A stretch of DNA of 60,848 nucleotides, taken from IMG/VR virus record IMGVR_UViG_3300047320_000352. One strand, written 5' to 3'. The DNA is from an uncultured virus (IMG/VR IMGVR_UViG_3300047320_000352) (taxonomy: Duplodnaviria > Heunggongvirae > Uroviricota > Caudoviricetes). Made by a program: the position numbers and the translations under genes. Under the pieces are notes generated by a model. It had not been told where the DNA came from. It searched no databases and was given only the letters and a program-made list of their open reading frames with translations. Below are positions 40,031 through 49,143 of the stretch, one piece after another (the first letter of the stretch is position 1; each line of letters begins with the position of its first letter).

Positions 40031-41197
40031 GTGCCCGATTTGAATCAATTCCTCTCGCTGTCGGACCTGCAACCGTTCTTCGATAACGCCAAGCCCGACG
40101 ACACCGTTACCGACGCCTGGCGCACGCAGAATTCCAAGAACCTCAAGCTCATCGTGGTACCGCCGCTGATGTCGTTTTTCAAGGCGCTGAAGGCCGAGGG
40201 TCGTATGGCCTCCATCCCGAACGGTGAGGGCTATTCCACGCGGTTCTGGAATGCCTGGAATAACGTCGCGGGGCTAGACCTCGCCACCGCCGAGCAAGCC
40301 GATGCGGATGAAAAGCTGACAAGGCTGGCAGACAAGTTCGCAAGCTACATCACTTTCCGCATAGTCAGGCCGTATGAGCGCGTCCTGAAGGCTGAGGGTG
40401 CTACCGCGGCCGCTGCGTTCGACAAAAGTGTCGCATTCGTCGACATTGTGGGTACATTCAGCAAGGGCAGCTATGAGCCCTATGAGTTCTCGCACGAAAC
40501 CTGCCAGAACACCGGGTTGCCGCTCTCTCTGGGCTTTACGGAGTGGGTGCCGCAAGGCTGCTATATCGACTCGGAGAAAGGCGGCTTTGTCCCGATTGCC
40601 CCCGCAGCGCCGGCGACCCTGCAGGAAACCGTTGTGGAACTGAAAACGGGAAATCTGCTCTGCTCGGACTGGTTCCGGATTAAGGAATTCACGGACGCCA
40701 CGAAGGAGAAGTACATCTCGCTGGAGTCACGCCAGGGCATCGAGGAGAGCGCCCGCTACCTCGCTCAGCAGTTTGGCGTGGTCAGCGTGTATGTCGGCAA
40801 TACGAGCCCGGACGTGTTTCAGGATGGTAACCAGCTCATCATCGGTCACCACTACGAAGATGACGGCGATATTCCGGCACGGTTTTCGAAGGTAGGCAGC
40901 GTTTGCACGGACCTGTGGGCAGCCTCTTTCGTCGAGTATGAAACCCTCGTCGAGATGGTCGGCCGCACGCTTCCCGATACGGCAAAAGACGTGGTCGACA
41001 CGTATCTTGCCGAACGTGTAGTCGCCCGGCATACACATCGGATTACGGTGGAACCAGGCACCTACTACCTGTATCACTTCGGTGACTTTCAGGACTTCCC
41101 GGAAATGGCAAAGAAGGCAGGCATCGAGCTCGATACCGGCGTCATCGAGCCATTCTTTGTGCTGACTCGCACCCGGCTATTGCAGCCGAGCGCCTAA
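40031..41197 (+). CDS. Hypothetical protein
   Basis: AAGGAG RBS; GTG start; terminator downstream. Confidence 0.8.
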   Translation: MPDLNQFLSLSDLQPFFDNAKPDDTVTDAWRTQNSKNLKLIVVPPLMSFFKALKAEGRMASIPNGEGYSTRFWNAWNNVAGLDLATAEQADADEKLTRLADKFASYITFRIVRPYERVLKAEGATAAAAFDKSVAFVDIVGTFSKGSYEPYEFSHETCQNTGLPLSLGFTEWVPQGCYIDSEKGGFVPIAPAAPATLQETVVELKTGNLLCSDWFRIKEFTDATKEKYISLESRQGIEESARYLAQQFGVVSVYVGNTSPDVFQDGNQLIIGHHYEDDGDIPARFSKVGSVCTDLWAASFVEYETLVEMVGRTLPDTAKDVVDTYLAERVVARHTHRITVEPGTYYLYHFGDFQDFPEMAKKAGIELDTGVIEPFFVLTRTRLLQPSA

Positions 41198-41329
41198 AAG
41201 TTGTTCCCTCAAAAGAGCCTTTTCTAAAGGCTCTTTTTCTATTGCACCGCGATTTCCCATGCTGCGCGCCGCGAGTGATGGCACCTGCTTCGACCTATAC
41301 GGAGCAGGGCAAACCATCGGAGAAGCGCA

Positions 41330-41578
41330 ATGGAGGTGAACCGTATCACCAAGAAGCTTGATACGTCGGCAGTCGAGCCGGTCGGACCATCAGCAAACAT
41401 GCAGAGCTTCTCGGACTTTCTGTCCGGGTATCTCCCGCCGGAGCTGCGTGGCATCAAGTCGGAGCGGGCGAGCGTGCAGCGCAAACCCACCCAGCAACAA
41501 GAGTCGGTCGTGCGGCCGCAGTCCCTGGCTGCCGATGAACCGTACCGTCCGGGCGCATTGCTCAACATCGAAGCATGA
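41330..41578 (+). CDS. Hypothetical protein
   Basis: GGAG RBS. Confidence 0.55.
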   Translation: MEVNRITKKLDTSAVEPVGPSANMQSFSDFLSGYLPPELRGIKSERASVQRKPTQQQESVVRPQSLAADEPYRPGALLNIEA

Positions 41579-41589
41579 GGAGACAAATC

Positions 41590-42174
41590 ATGAAGAGTTC
41601 CAAATCGACGTGTGAGATGTATCGTATCAGCGCCAACGGCGAGTATGCGACGGTCTGCCTGAGTGATTGGTCCCGCGATGTGGTGGGCCATCCGTCAGAA
41701 CAGCGGTACGGCGGCGAGATTCTGGTGCATTCGAGCTTCGGGGTCTTCTGCCATCAATGGAGTAACTGCGGCTTGCCGTTCAAGGCGTTTCTGCTCGAAA
41801 TCGAATTCGAGAGCTTCATGTCGAAGTGCCTGGGCAATGATTTCTTGCAGTTTGATGGACGCGCATCGGTGGACCGGGTGAAGAAGGCGATTCTGGAGAC
41901 CCGTCACGCAGAAGGCCTATCCGCCGAGGAAGCGCGCGAGCTCTGGGATGATGTCAGCTTCGCAAGCGATACGGCCGAGGGCTCTGAGCCCGCGTTCTAT
42001 GTCGCGTTAGAAGACATCTGCTCCGAAGAAAACATTGGTTCGACATCTGAGTTTGTCGTGCGCAAACCGAGCAGCCAGGCCCAGAGCTTCTGGAACGAAC
42101 TGTGGCCGCATTTCTTGGCCATGCTCGAGGCAGAGTTCAACTCGAAGACTGAAACAGCCGTTCAAGCTGCTTGA
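41590..42174 (+). CDS. Hypothetical phage/plasmid protein
   Basis: AGGAG RBS before ATG 41590. Confidence 0.75.
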   Translation: MKSSKSTCEMYRISANGEYATVCLSDWSRDVVGHPSEQRYGGEILVHSSFGVFCHQWSNCGLPFKAFLLEIEFESFMSKCLGNDFLQFDGRASVDRVKKAILETRHAEGLSAEEARELWDDVSFASDTAEGSEPAFYVALEDICSEENIGSTSEFVVRKPSSQAQSFWNELWPHFLAMLEAEFNSKTETAVQAA

Positions 42175-42261
42175 CGCTGTTCTCCTGGCCCCGACTTGTT
42201 CGGGGCTTTTCTTTTTGTCGCGGCTATACCCAACATCGAATGTTTCAACCAGAACCGCATC

Positions 42262-42741
42262 GTGAAAATCCTACCCATATTCTTGATTGCTGCAGCATTT
42301 AATTGCCACGTCGCATTCGGCGCCGTTTCCAACACGACGAAAACTCATTGCACCAAAGATGAGACGACGCTGTTCAGTTGTCGGATTGGCCAGAAGATAG
42401 TTAGCGTTTGTGCGGTGGGCAAACAACTGCGCCCTCAATACCGTTTTGGAAAGCTTGGGCATCCGCTCGAGCTACAGTATCCGGTGGACATTGCTAGTTC
42501 GGAACGCATTTCTATCGAGGAGCAGACTGATTCATTCCCTCGAGCGCATTATTCCGAGTGGTCGATTGAATTCGCAAACGGTGGCTTCAGCTACACAGTC
42601 CAGGCTTTAGAATCAAGAGCGGCTGCTGATTTAGGTTCTTCTTATATTGAGATTTCCAGCAGGCCAGGCCAACTGGAGTGTGCGAGAGGTAGTGAGATGG
42701 TCAATGAGGCTGCATTGCATCAACTCGCGAAGCCTTTTTGA
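42262..42741 (+). CDS. Secreted Cys-containing protein, low GC
   Basis: Signal peptide; C…E.TLFSC…K.VSVC…YRFG. Confidence 0.7.
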   Translation: MKILPIFLIAAAFNCHVAFGAVSNTTKTHCTKDETTLFSCRIGQKIVSVCAVGKQLRPQYRFGKLGHPLELQYPVDIASSERISIEEQTDSFPRAHYSEWSIEFANGGFSYTVQALESRAAADLGSSYIEISSRPGQLECARGSEMVNEAALHQLAKPF

Positions 42742-42766
42742 CTAATCGACGCGACCTCATCGCCGG

Positions 42767-43147
42767 TCACGCGGTCACGATTTCGTGACCTTGGCAGAGC
42801 GCTTCCTTGCCGTCCTCATACACGTACACGTACCACTCCGGCCAGTCGGGCGCGGTGACAACCTTGAGCCCCGGGCCAAGGTCTTCGCCGGCTTCCGCGC
42901 GCGCAATGAGGCTAGGCAGCGTGCGCATCTTTGCGCTGAACAGCGTCAGAAAGTGGAGCACGCCGTCCCGCTCGACCGCCCAGTCAAAGGAGTCGAGCAG
43001 CGTGCGTCCAGGCACGGCCATTCCGTCGAACTCGGAAGCGGGCAGGCCTTCTGCATCAAAAAGCTCAGGATTTGATTCCCAAAGCGCCTCGAGCACCGGG
43101 CGGTGCAGACGAAACGCATAGCTCGACGCGTTTATCAGAACTTTCAT
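42767..43147 (-). CDS. Phage-type hypothetical protein
   Basis: MKVLIN…LKVV..PD…W.V…DG.E; AAGGAAG RBS. Confidence 0.7.
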   Translation of the reverse strand: MKVLINASSYAFRLHRPVLEALWESNPELFDAEGLPASEFDGMAVPGRTLLDSFDWAVERDGVLHFLTLFSAKMRTLPSLIARAEAGEDLGPGLKVVTAPDWPEWYVYVYEDGKEALCQGHEIVTA

Positions 43148-43164
43148 TGAACTTCCTTTCTTGT

Positions 43165-44415
43165 TCAGGCCGCGACGGCAACAGGCCTCACCGACGATTT
43201 GCGACAAGGCACAATCGTGTCGCGTGTTGGTCCCCACGAGCAAAACGCAACGGGCAACACCCGGTGGCTGGCCATGAAGACCAGTTCGTCCGGCGAGACT
43301 ACGTGCGTTTCGGCATCCAGTCGCACGCGCGCCGCCGCGCCAACCTGGTCCAGACATGTCACAGCCGTCTGTGCGGTGATGTCGATGCGCGCGCCGAACG
43401 CTTCGGCTAGGTCAGACCCGATGGCAACTGCAAGCTGGTCCAGGTCCAGGTCGGCGAAGCGCAGGGACCCTTGGTACTCGTTCGGTTGATTCGTGAGGTC
43501 GACAACGCCTTCATAGGGCCGACCAGGCAACTCGTTTGCCAGCGGCCCGGCACCATGCCGCGTTAGGTACGCGCGGGTCACGTAGGTGACATCCAAGGCC
43601 TCGATGCCGGCTTCGCTTGCTACGTCGAGAACGTTGCGAAGCCCCGTGTTCGACCGGGTCACATAGGGGAATGCACCCTGATGCTGGTCGAGCAGCAGCC
43701 CCTGCGCGCCTTCGAACACGACATTGTCCGAGAGCAGGATAGGCGCCGCGGCACCCGACAACAACGTGACATCACCCAGGAATTCCTGCGCGGCCTCGAT
43801 AAAGGCGTCCACCAGCACGTCCGTTGTGCACAGCTTATGATGCTTGCCAAAATCCGGCAGCCCCAGTTCCTTGATGCGGACGGGCAGGTGGAAATCGCGA
43901 ATCTCGATGAGTTTTGCGCGCAACGCGTCAACGTCTTGCAGGTCACCAGCCGTCAGCGCAAACGTGCCGGCTTCCATGCGCCCGATGGTCTCGCCAAAAC
44001 CCATGCCGCAGCTGCCGTGTCGCTTCGCACCGCGAAAATCCTCGACGAGCTGGTTCACCAGCATGTCGAAGAAGGTGGTCACTGGCGCGCGCTCGTCCAC
44101 GTAGAGCGTCGTAAGCTTGCCGAGGAGAGGCAGGAGTTTCGCGCGCTCCTTGAGATAAAGCATGGGATTGACCGCAAAGTGCCGCGACAGGTACGTCTTC
44201 GCGCCCGCGAACGTGCCGGCGCCGAAATGGCTGAAAGCATGTCGCGTGCCGTCCGGCGTGGTGACGGTGTGACTCGCCTGGCAGCCACCGTTGAAACGCA
44301 CGACGAGGCTGTTATCGCTCTGTGACGCGAAGTAATCGGTCATGAGACCCTTTCCTTCATCCCCGTAGTTCGCGCCGATGACCACTTTTGCCGAGCGCTT
44401 GCGAAGCTGTGTCAT
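43165..44415 (-). CDS. purA: Adenylosuccinate synthetase-like protein (divergent PurA)
   Basis: GDEGKG, RFNGG.QASHT, EGAQGLLLD, PYVTRSNT, YLTRHGAGP; lacks the TTGR aspartate loop. Confidence 0.88.
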   Translation of the reverse strand: MTQLRKRSAKVVIGANYGDEGKGLMTDYFASQSDNSLVVRFNGGCQASHTVTTPDGTRHAFSHFGAGTFAGAKTYLSRHFAVNPMLYLKERAKLLPLLGKLTTLYVDERAPVTTFFDMLVNQLVEDFRGAKRHGSCGMGFGETIGRMEAGTFALTAGDLQDVDALRAKLIEIRDFHLPVRIKELGLPDFGKHHKLCTTDVLVDAFIEAAQEFLGDVTLLSGAAAPILLSDNVVFEGAQGLLLDQHQGAFPYVTRSNTGLRNVLDVASEAGIEALDVTYVTRAYLTRHGAGPLANELPGRPYEGVVDLTNQPNEYQGSLRFADLDLDQLAVAIGSDLAEAFGARIDITAQTAVTCLDQVGAAARVRLDAETHVVSPDELVFMASHRVLPVAFCSWGPTRDTIVPCRKSSVRPVAVAA

Positions 44416-44428
44416 GCTGGGTCTCCAG

Positions 44429-44719
44429 TTACAGAATTTCGCAGCCGTATTTCTGGCGGAACTGGATAGCCAGCTCCTGAAATTCGGGCATATTGCCCAT
44501 ATTGGTTTTCACTTCAGCGAGTAACCCGGGCCGACCGTACGGAAGGTCGGCGTGCAACTCGAAGCAGAATCCTTCTGCCGGTGTTGGGTATTCGCTGTAA
44601 AGCTCGGCTGAAATGCCCTTGTCCAGCGCACCTCGCACCTGGCGAATTATGTTGGCCGCCCACGGCTTCCACTCTTCGGCGTCGCGTGGCCCAGCTCCCA
44701 CCTTGTCATTCGTGTCCAT
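44429..44719 (-). CDS. Hypothetical protein
   Basis: GGAG RBS before ATG 44719. Confidence 0.65.
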   Translation of the reverse strand: MDTNDKVGAGPRDAEEWKPWAANIIRQVRGALDKGISAELYSEYPTPAEGFCFELHADLPYGRPGLLAEVKTNMGNMPEFQELAIQFRQKYGCEIL

Positions 44720-44748
44720 CACTCGCTCCACTTCGAATTTTGGTGCGC

Positions 44749-45219
44749 TTAATCTGCGTAAGCGATGATTCCGACTTCCCAAAATGCCTCGACGCCGAAA
44801 TCCTTCTTCAACATGTCGACGAATTCACCGTATTCGCGCTGGGCCTTTTCGAGCATCGCCGTGCCGTCAAGGGAAGAAAAGAGCACCGGCTTGAACCCGT
44901 CTTCCGTGTCCTGCTCGAGCGTGAGGCCGTGCTCGTTGTGGTTCGGCAGCCAGATGTCGCCCTTCGGATGATTCTTTCCATATTCCGGGCAGTGCATGAA
45001 GTCCTCCCACGGGCCGGTGAGCTTGTGGATGGGAAACGGCTTCACCACTTCCGTGGGCACGTCCCGCTCAAGCACGGTACCGCCGCAGTTTCCGCAAAAC
45101 TTCGCGGGCTTGCTGACCGCCGGCGCGTTGCAGTTGTTCGAGCAGCTGCGCTCAGACTTGGTCCCCTTCACGGGTGAAGGGGGAATGACCAGGTATGGGC
45201 CGATGAAAAACGACGTCAT
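44749..45219 (-). CDS. Zn-ribbon hypothetical protein
   Basis: CSNNC…FCGNCG. Confidence 0.75.
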   Translation of the reverse strand: MTSFFIGPYLVIPPSPVKGTKSERSCSNNCNAPAVSKPAKFCGNCGGTVLERDVPTEVVKPFPIHKLTGPWEDFMHCPEYGKNHPKGDIWLPNHNEHGLTLEQDTEDGFKPVLFSSLDGTAMLEKAQREYGEFVDMLKKDFGVEAFWEVGIIAYAD

Positions 45220-45233
45220 AAAAATCCTGTTGA

Positions 45234-47507
45234 TTAAGCGAGGTAGTCAGCGATGAGCACTTCTGCGTCGTAGGCCGTGACCACTTTCTGGTCAGCCTTC
45301 ACCGGCACGATGGCGGTCGGCAGCTTGCTTGTGAAAACGATGTCCGCTTCCAGCGCGGTGGCCACCCGCTCGCCACGCGCGTTGACGTGGTCAGCGAGCA
45401 GGGCGCCTAGCGTCGGTCGAACCGGATTGACGATGCCGCGCGCCATCTGCGTCGTCAGGATGGTCGCCGTCTCCACAGCATTGAAGCCGCTGCAGCGTGC
45501 CGGCAGCACCAGGTCCGCCCATACGAACTGACGTCGCGCGATGTCCACATAGCCAACCAGGATGCGCTCGCCTGCCGCCGTCAGGTCGACCTTCTGGCGC
45601 ACGGTGCGTGCGTCATAGATGGCGCCGCTCTGTTCGTCGACGCGCGACATCCAGCCCAGATACGCTTCGGGCATATCGCCGAAGTTCTGCTTGGTGTACG
45701 AAAATGCGACCAGCGCGATGTACGCGGCGTCAACAGGGAGTTTGCGGAAGTCGATGTCGATGAACTCGCACGCGCCCTCCGGCGCCGACGTAATGTCGCC
45801 GCTGTGCGTCATGCCTTCCGCGCGCAACTGCGTGAAGCTGCAGTGCGTCACATAGTTGAAGCTTTCGTCGAGCACCGAGCAGGACAGGTCCAGGTCGGTA
45901 CGGCCGATGGAGTAGGGCTCGCCACTCTTATCGAGGCCTTGCTCATTCCACCACAGGAACGCGCGCATGATGGAATCGGGGCCCAGGTCGATACGCGAGC
46001 CGCGACCTACCGTCAGCAGCGACTTCTGCGCGGTACGCTGCGCAAACGGAACGCTGATGCCGTCCAGTGCAGGGTCGATATACACCTTGCCCATCGCCGG
46101 CAGCTTGGCGAAGCGCGCCGCCAGCACGTCGGACACCGTTTTGACGACGAATTCGTTGGCGCTCTCGGTCAGCCGCGGCGAACCGTTCTGCGGCACCCAC
46201 ATGCGGGCAGCGCCGCCCTTCGGCGAGAACGCGCGCACACCATCCTGGTCCACCGCCATGCGGTGACGCAGTTGCACGAGGACCGGCGTCGAGACCTTGT
46301 CGGCCACAGTTGCGAAGGCCTTGAGCACCGCTTCCTTGTTCGCGCCCGTCGCCTTGCGTACGGTTTCATGCAGCTTGCGAGCGAACACACCCGGACGCTG
46401 CACGAGAAGGTCGATGGCAGCCAGGGTGTTGCGCGATGCAAGGCGCGATTCCACCGTACCGGCCCAGCTCACGGGCATGTCGTTCTTGCGCAGCGCCGTG
46501 AAGTGCTCGTAGGCACGCTTGAAGCGGGCTTGATACTCGCCCGGATGCAGCGCTTCCCCCAGGCGTACCCATTGCTCGCGTCGCTGGAACATCTCCGAGC
46601 GCACCGACTCAGCGCTGAGGCTGTCGAGGAGGCCCAGCAACAGGCGGCGCAGGCCACGAGAGACCTTGCCAAAGCGCGGCGGCTTGGACAGCGTCAGGTC
46701 TGCATCCTTGAGGTTGGCCGCGCCGACAGCGGCGGCCAGGCGCAGCACGTCGGTTGGTGTCTGGAAGAAGCGCGCGAACTCAGCGGCTTCGAACGTCGCC
46801 GGCGTGTGCGTCAGCAGCCAGCCGCCGACCAGCGCGCGGTGTTCTTTTTGCGGGATGGTTGCCTGTTCCTTGAGCATTTCGAGCAGGCGGCCAGGATAGA
46901 CTTCGCTGAAATACGAGAGCAGCTCGAGCGTCACTTCCTTGTTGGCCACCGACATCGAGGCATTGCCGTTGATAAGGCGCAGCAACTGGTCATAGACGGC
47001 CGTGCGCGGTGCAAGCGCCAGGGTGGTCGGCTTCATGTGCTCGAGCATCTTGAGCGCCGGTCGCTTTGACGCCGTGTACCGAGGCAGCACACGCACCCCC
47101 ATCCAGTCGCCACGATAGTGCGCCCAGGCGTTAGAGAGCAATTCCGCGTCGGAAGCTTCGAGCACCTGTTCCGGAAAATCCGGGTACATCGGGGAATACA
47201 CGCGATGCGCGCCCAGAGCGTGGCTCAGGATGTGTACGAGGTTGGTGTGGACGTGAACGAGGTCGACTTCGGGCATCCACGACAGCGTCAGGATAGCGTC
47301 CTGGCCGTAGACGAAGCCGAGATACTCGAGAGTCAGCTCGCTGTGAAGAGCGCGGTCCATGCTGGGACCGGGATTGCCGAGTGCGCTTTCGCGCTGCGAA
47401 GCAGCGTCAACGGCGGGCAGTGCCAGCTTGCCGTTGCGAACGAGAGCCGCGAGAATGTTGAATTCACGGGTGTTAACTCGAAATCCTGCGTCAGCGAGCG
47501 TGAGCAT
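45234..47507 (-). CDS. Large helical protein with C-terminal TerD-like domain (SCO0854/MXAN_6230-like)
   Basis: TPTDVLRLA, W.RLGE.LHPGEY, RPGVFARKL; TerD motifs DLDLS, HSGDITSAP, EFIDID; GAGGA RBS before ATG 47507. Confidence 0.8.
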   Translation of the reverse strand: MLTLADAGFRVNTREFNILAALVRNGKLALPAVDAASQRESALGNPGPSMDRALHSELTLEYLGFVYGQDAILTLSWMPEVDLVHVHTNLVHILSHALGAHRVYSPMYPDFPEQVLEASDAELLSNAWAHYRGDWMGVRVLPRYTASKRPALKMLEHMKPTTLALAPRTAVYDQLLRLINGNASMSVANKEVTLELLSYFSEVYPGRLLEMLKEQATIPQKEHRALVGGWLLTHTPATFEAAEFARFFQTPTDVLRLAAAVGAANLKDADLTLSKPPRFGKVSRGLRRLLLGLLDSLSAESVRSEMFQRREQWVRLGEALHPGEYQARFKRAYEHFTALRKNDMPVSWAGTVESRLASRNTLAAIDLLVQRPGVFARKLHETVRKATGANKEAVLKAFATVADKVSTPVLVQLRHRMAVDQDGVRAFSPKGGAARMWVPQNGSPRLTESANEFVVKTVSDVLAARFAKLPAMGKVYIDPALDGISVPFAQRTAQKSLLTVGRGSRIDLGPDSIMRAFLWWNEQGLDKSGEPYSIGRTDLDLSCSVLDESFNYVTHCSFTQLRAEGMTHSGDITSAPEGACEFIDIDFRKLPVDAAYIALVAFSYTKQNFGDMPEAYLGWMSRVDEQSGAIYDARTVRQKVDLTAAGERILVGYVDIARRQFVWADLVLPARCSGFNAVETATILTTQMARGIVNPVRPTLGALLADHVNARGERVATALEADIVFTSKLPTAIVPVKADQKVVTAYDAEVLIADYLA

Positions 47508-47554
47508 GTATGTCCTCGGATAGCGTATAAATAACGAACAGGCTACCCGCAGGA

Positions 47555-47710
47555 AAGCAATACGGGATGCCGTCTGGCATCCCGTATCACCACTTCTGGA
47601 GCAGGAGAGCAGCGCCGCTAGTTTCCAATGTGAGTTGAGTAGAAGGAAGCCGCGCAATAGCCTGCAAAACCTGTCAGCTGCCGAATACTTTCGTTCAACA
47701 ACCGACTTGA
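47555..47710 (-). ncRNA. Putative structured leader/ncRNA upstream of the TerD-domain gene
   Basis: Lies between a consensus promoter and a 12-bp hairpin; GCAGG/CCUGC stem encloses CUUCCUUCUA…GAAACUAGCG. Confidence 0.55.
47560..47587 (-). terminator. Perfect 12-bp hairpin (terminator/attenuator)
   Basis: ATACGGGATGCC-N4-GGCATCCCGTAT; weak U-tract. Confidence 0.6.
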
Positions 47711-47716
47711 GAGCAC

Positions 47717-47745
47717 AGTATATACCGATAACGCGCTCGCGTCAA
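47717..47745 (-). promoter_or_regulatory. Sigma70 promoter
   Basis: TTGACG-17 nt-TATACT. Confidence 0.8.
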
Positions 47746-47763
47746 CCGCGATTTTAGTATATC

Positions 47764-48669
47764 TCAGAATCGCGTCAATGCCGTTCCTGCGGCGCGTCCC
47801 GGCTGCAGCGCATTCAGTCCGCGTGCGACGACCATCGACGTGCTGCCCGACCACGACTTCACCGTGGCGTCGACACTGGTGCCTTCGATAACCTGAATGG
47901 TCGACACGATGAGCTCAGCCATCTTCGTGTGGTCCGACAGCGGCAGTGCGCGCTCGCCGAGCAGTGCCTTCCAGTTCGCCTTGACTGACGAATCGCACGA
48001 GTTGCTTTCTTCGACGAGCAGATGGAAGACGTGATAGCTGCGGCTGGCCATGGTCAGCAGCTCTTCCGAAGTCAGGTCGCGCTCGATGTCGTCACCAAAC
48101 ACACGCTGGACCTGCGCGCGAGTGAGCACGTTGTGCGGATTCTCGTCGCCGACCGTGAAAAGATAGCCCTTCTTCTTGCGCTTTTCGAAACAGTCGATGG
48201 ACGTATGACGCGCGGCGAAGTACCACGGCAGGTGGTAGCTCTCGCCGCCGTTGCCCCCGCCATGGCCTTCCAGCCAGATTTGCGACAGCTGCGTAGCGAT
48301 GCGGATGTCGGCCTCGAACTGCGTCACCTGCAGCGGCGCCTTGTCCGAGTACGCGTCACCTACACCCATGCACGCGATATGCGGGTCGGCGACCGGCTTG
48401 CGCGCAATCAGTTCTTCGACGAGGACGCCCATACCCGTTCTCACCAGGACGTCCGCGAGTTTGCCCATTGAACCCGTTACGTCGCCAGCGACGATGATGG
48501 CAGTCGAATTCGGATTGGCCGCTGAGTCGCGCGATTCACGCATCGCGACACCGTGCGGATTGAGGTCCGGGTGCATGTGGTTTTGGCTGAACACCTGTGC
48601 GGTCGACTTCGTGCTTGTGCTCGACGAGAACGAATCCCAGTCGGTGGAACTCCAGTTGCTTGAACCCAT
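47764..48669 (-). CDS. vWA domain protein
   Basis: MIDAS DVTGSM; GGGNGGESY; VGDE. Confidence 0.85.
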   Translation of the reverse strand: MGSSNWSSTDWDSFSSSTSTKSTAQVFSQNHMHPDLNPHGVAMRESRDSAANPNSTAIIVAGDVTGSMGKLADVLVRTGMGVLVEELIARKPVADPHIACMGVGDAYSDKAPLQVTQFEADIRIATQLSQIWLEGHGGGNGGESYHLPWYFAARHTSIDCFEKRKKKGYLFTVGDENPHNVLTRAQVQRVFGDDIERDLTSEELLTMASRSYHVFHLLVEESNSCDSSVKANWKALLGERALPLSDHTKMAELIVSTIQVIEGTSVDATVKSWSGSTSMVVARGLNALQPGRAAGTALTRF

Positions 48670-48717
48670 GATTTACTCCTGTGCGTTGTGCGGTTAGTGC
48701 GTTGTTTTGCTGTTTGT

Positions 48718-49143
48718 TTAAGCTTCCGTCTTCCGGGATGTATCGCCAGCGAGCCGGCGCAGCGACTGCTCGAAGTGACAGAGCCACTTGAATTTGTCGG
48801 ACACCCACGAAAAGCTTTGGTTGGCGTCGCTCTGCGCCCGGTTAATCCATGACCCGTACTCAGTCGTGCCGGGTTGCGGCAACTGCAGCGGGATGTGCTG
48901 TGCGGCGCTCCAGCACCCGCGCATTGAATACGCAGAGAACGAGGCGCGCTCGTATCGCTTGCCGTATTCGCCCGTCATGTAGGCGTCGAAGTCGGCGGCG
49001 GCCGGTTCATCCTTCGGCGCCAACGCCGTGTTCACGATGCGCGAGATGCGGTCACGCAGCTGCTGTGTGTCGCGGTACTGAACCGCCGTGTCGCGCAACT
49101 CGTTCACGAGCGCGGTGATTTCGTGGTCTTTGAGGTCTTTCAC
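48718..49143 (-). CDS. Hypothetical protein
   Basis: GTGA overlap with the upstream gene. Confidence 0.7.
   Translation of the reverse strand: MKDLKDHEITALVNELRDTAVQYRDTQQLRDRISRIVNTALAPKDEPAAADFDAYMTGEYGKRYERASFSAYSMRGCWSAAQHIPLQLPQPGTTEYGSWINRAQSDANQSFSWVSDKFKWLCHFEQSLRRLAGDTSRKTEA

Noticed and set aside
43165..44415. PurZ / Z-genome pathway
   Set aside because: Keeps the PurA Asp in GDEGKG (PurZ has Ser); no datZ or polymerase in the window
45234..47507. Tellurite-resistance ter operon
   Set aside because: Only one TerD-like domain; no terA/B/C/Z
47508..47657. 50-aa N-terminal extension of the 807-aa ORF
   Set aside because: No RBS at 47657; a good RBS precedes 47507 and the region looks like structured leader RNA
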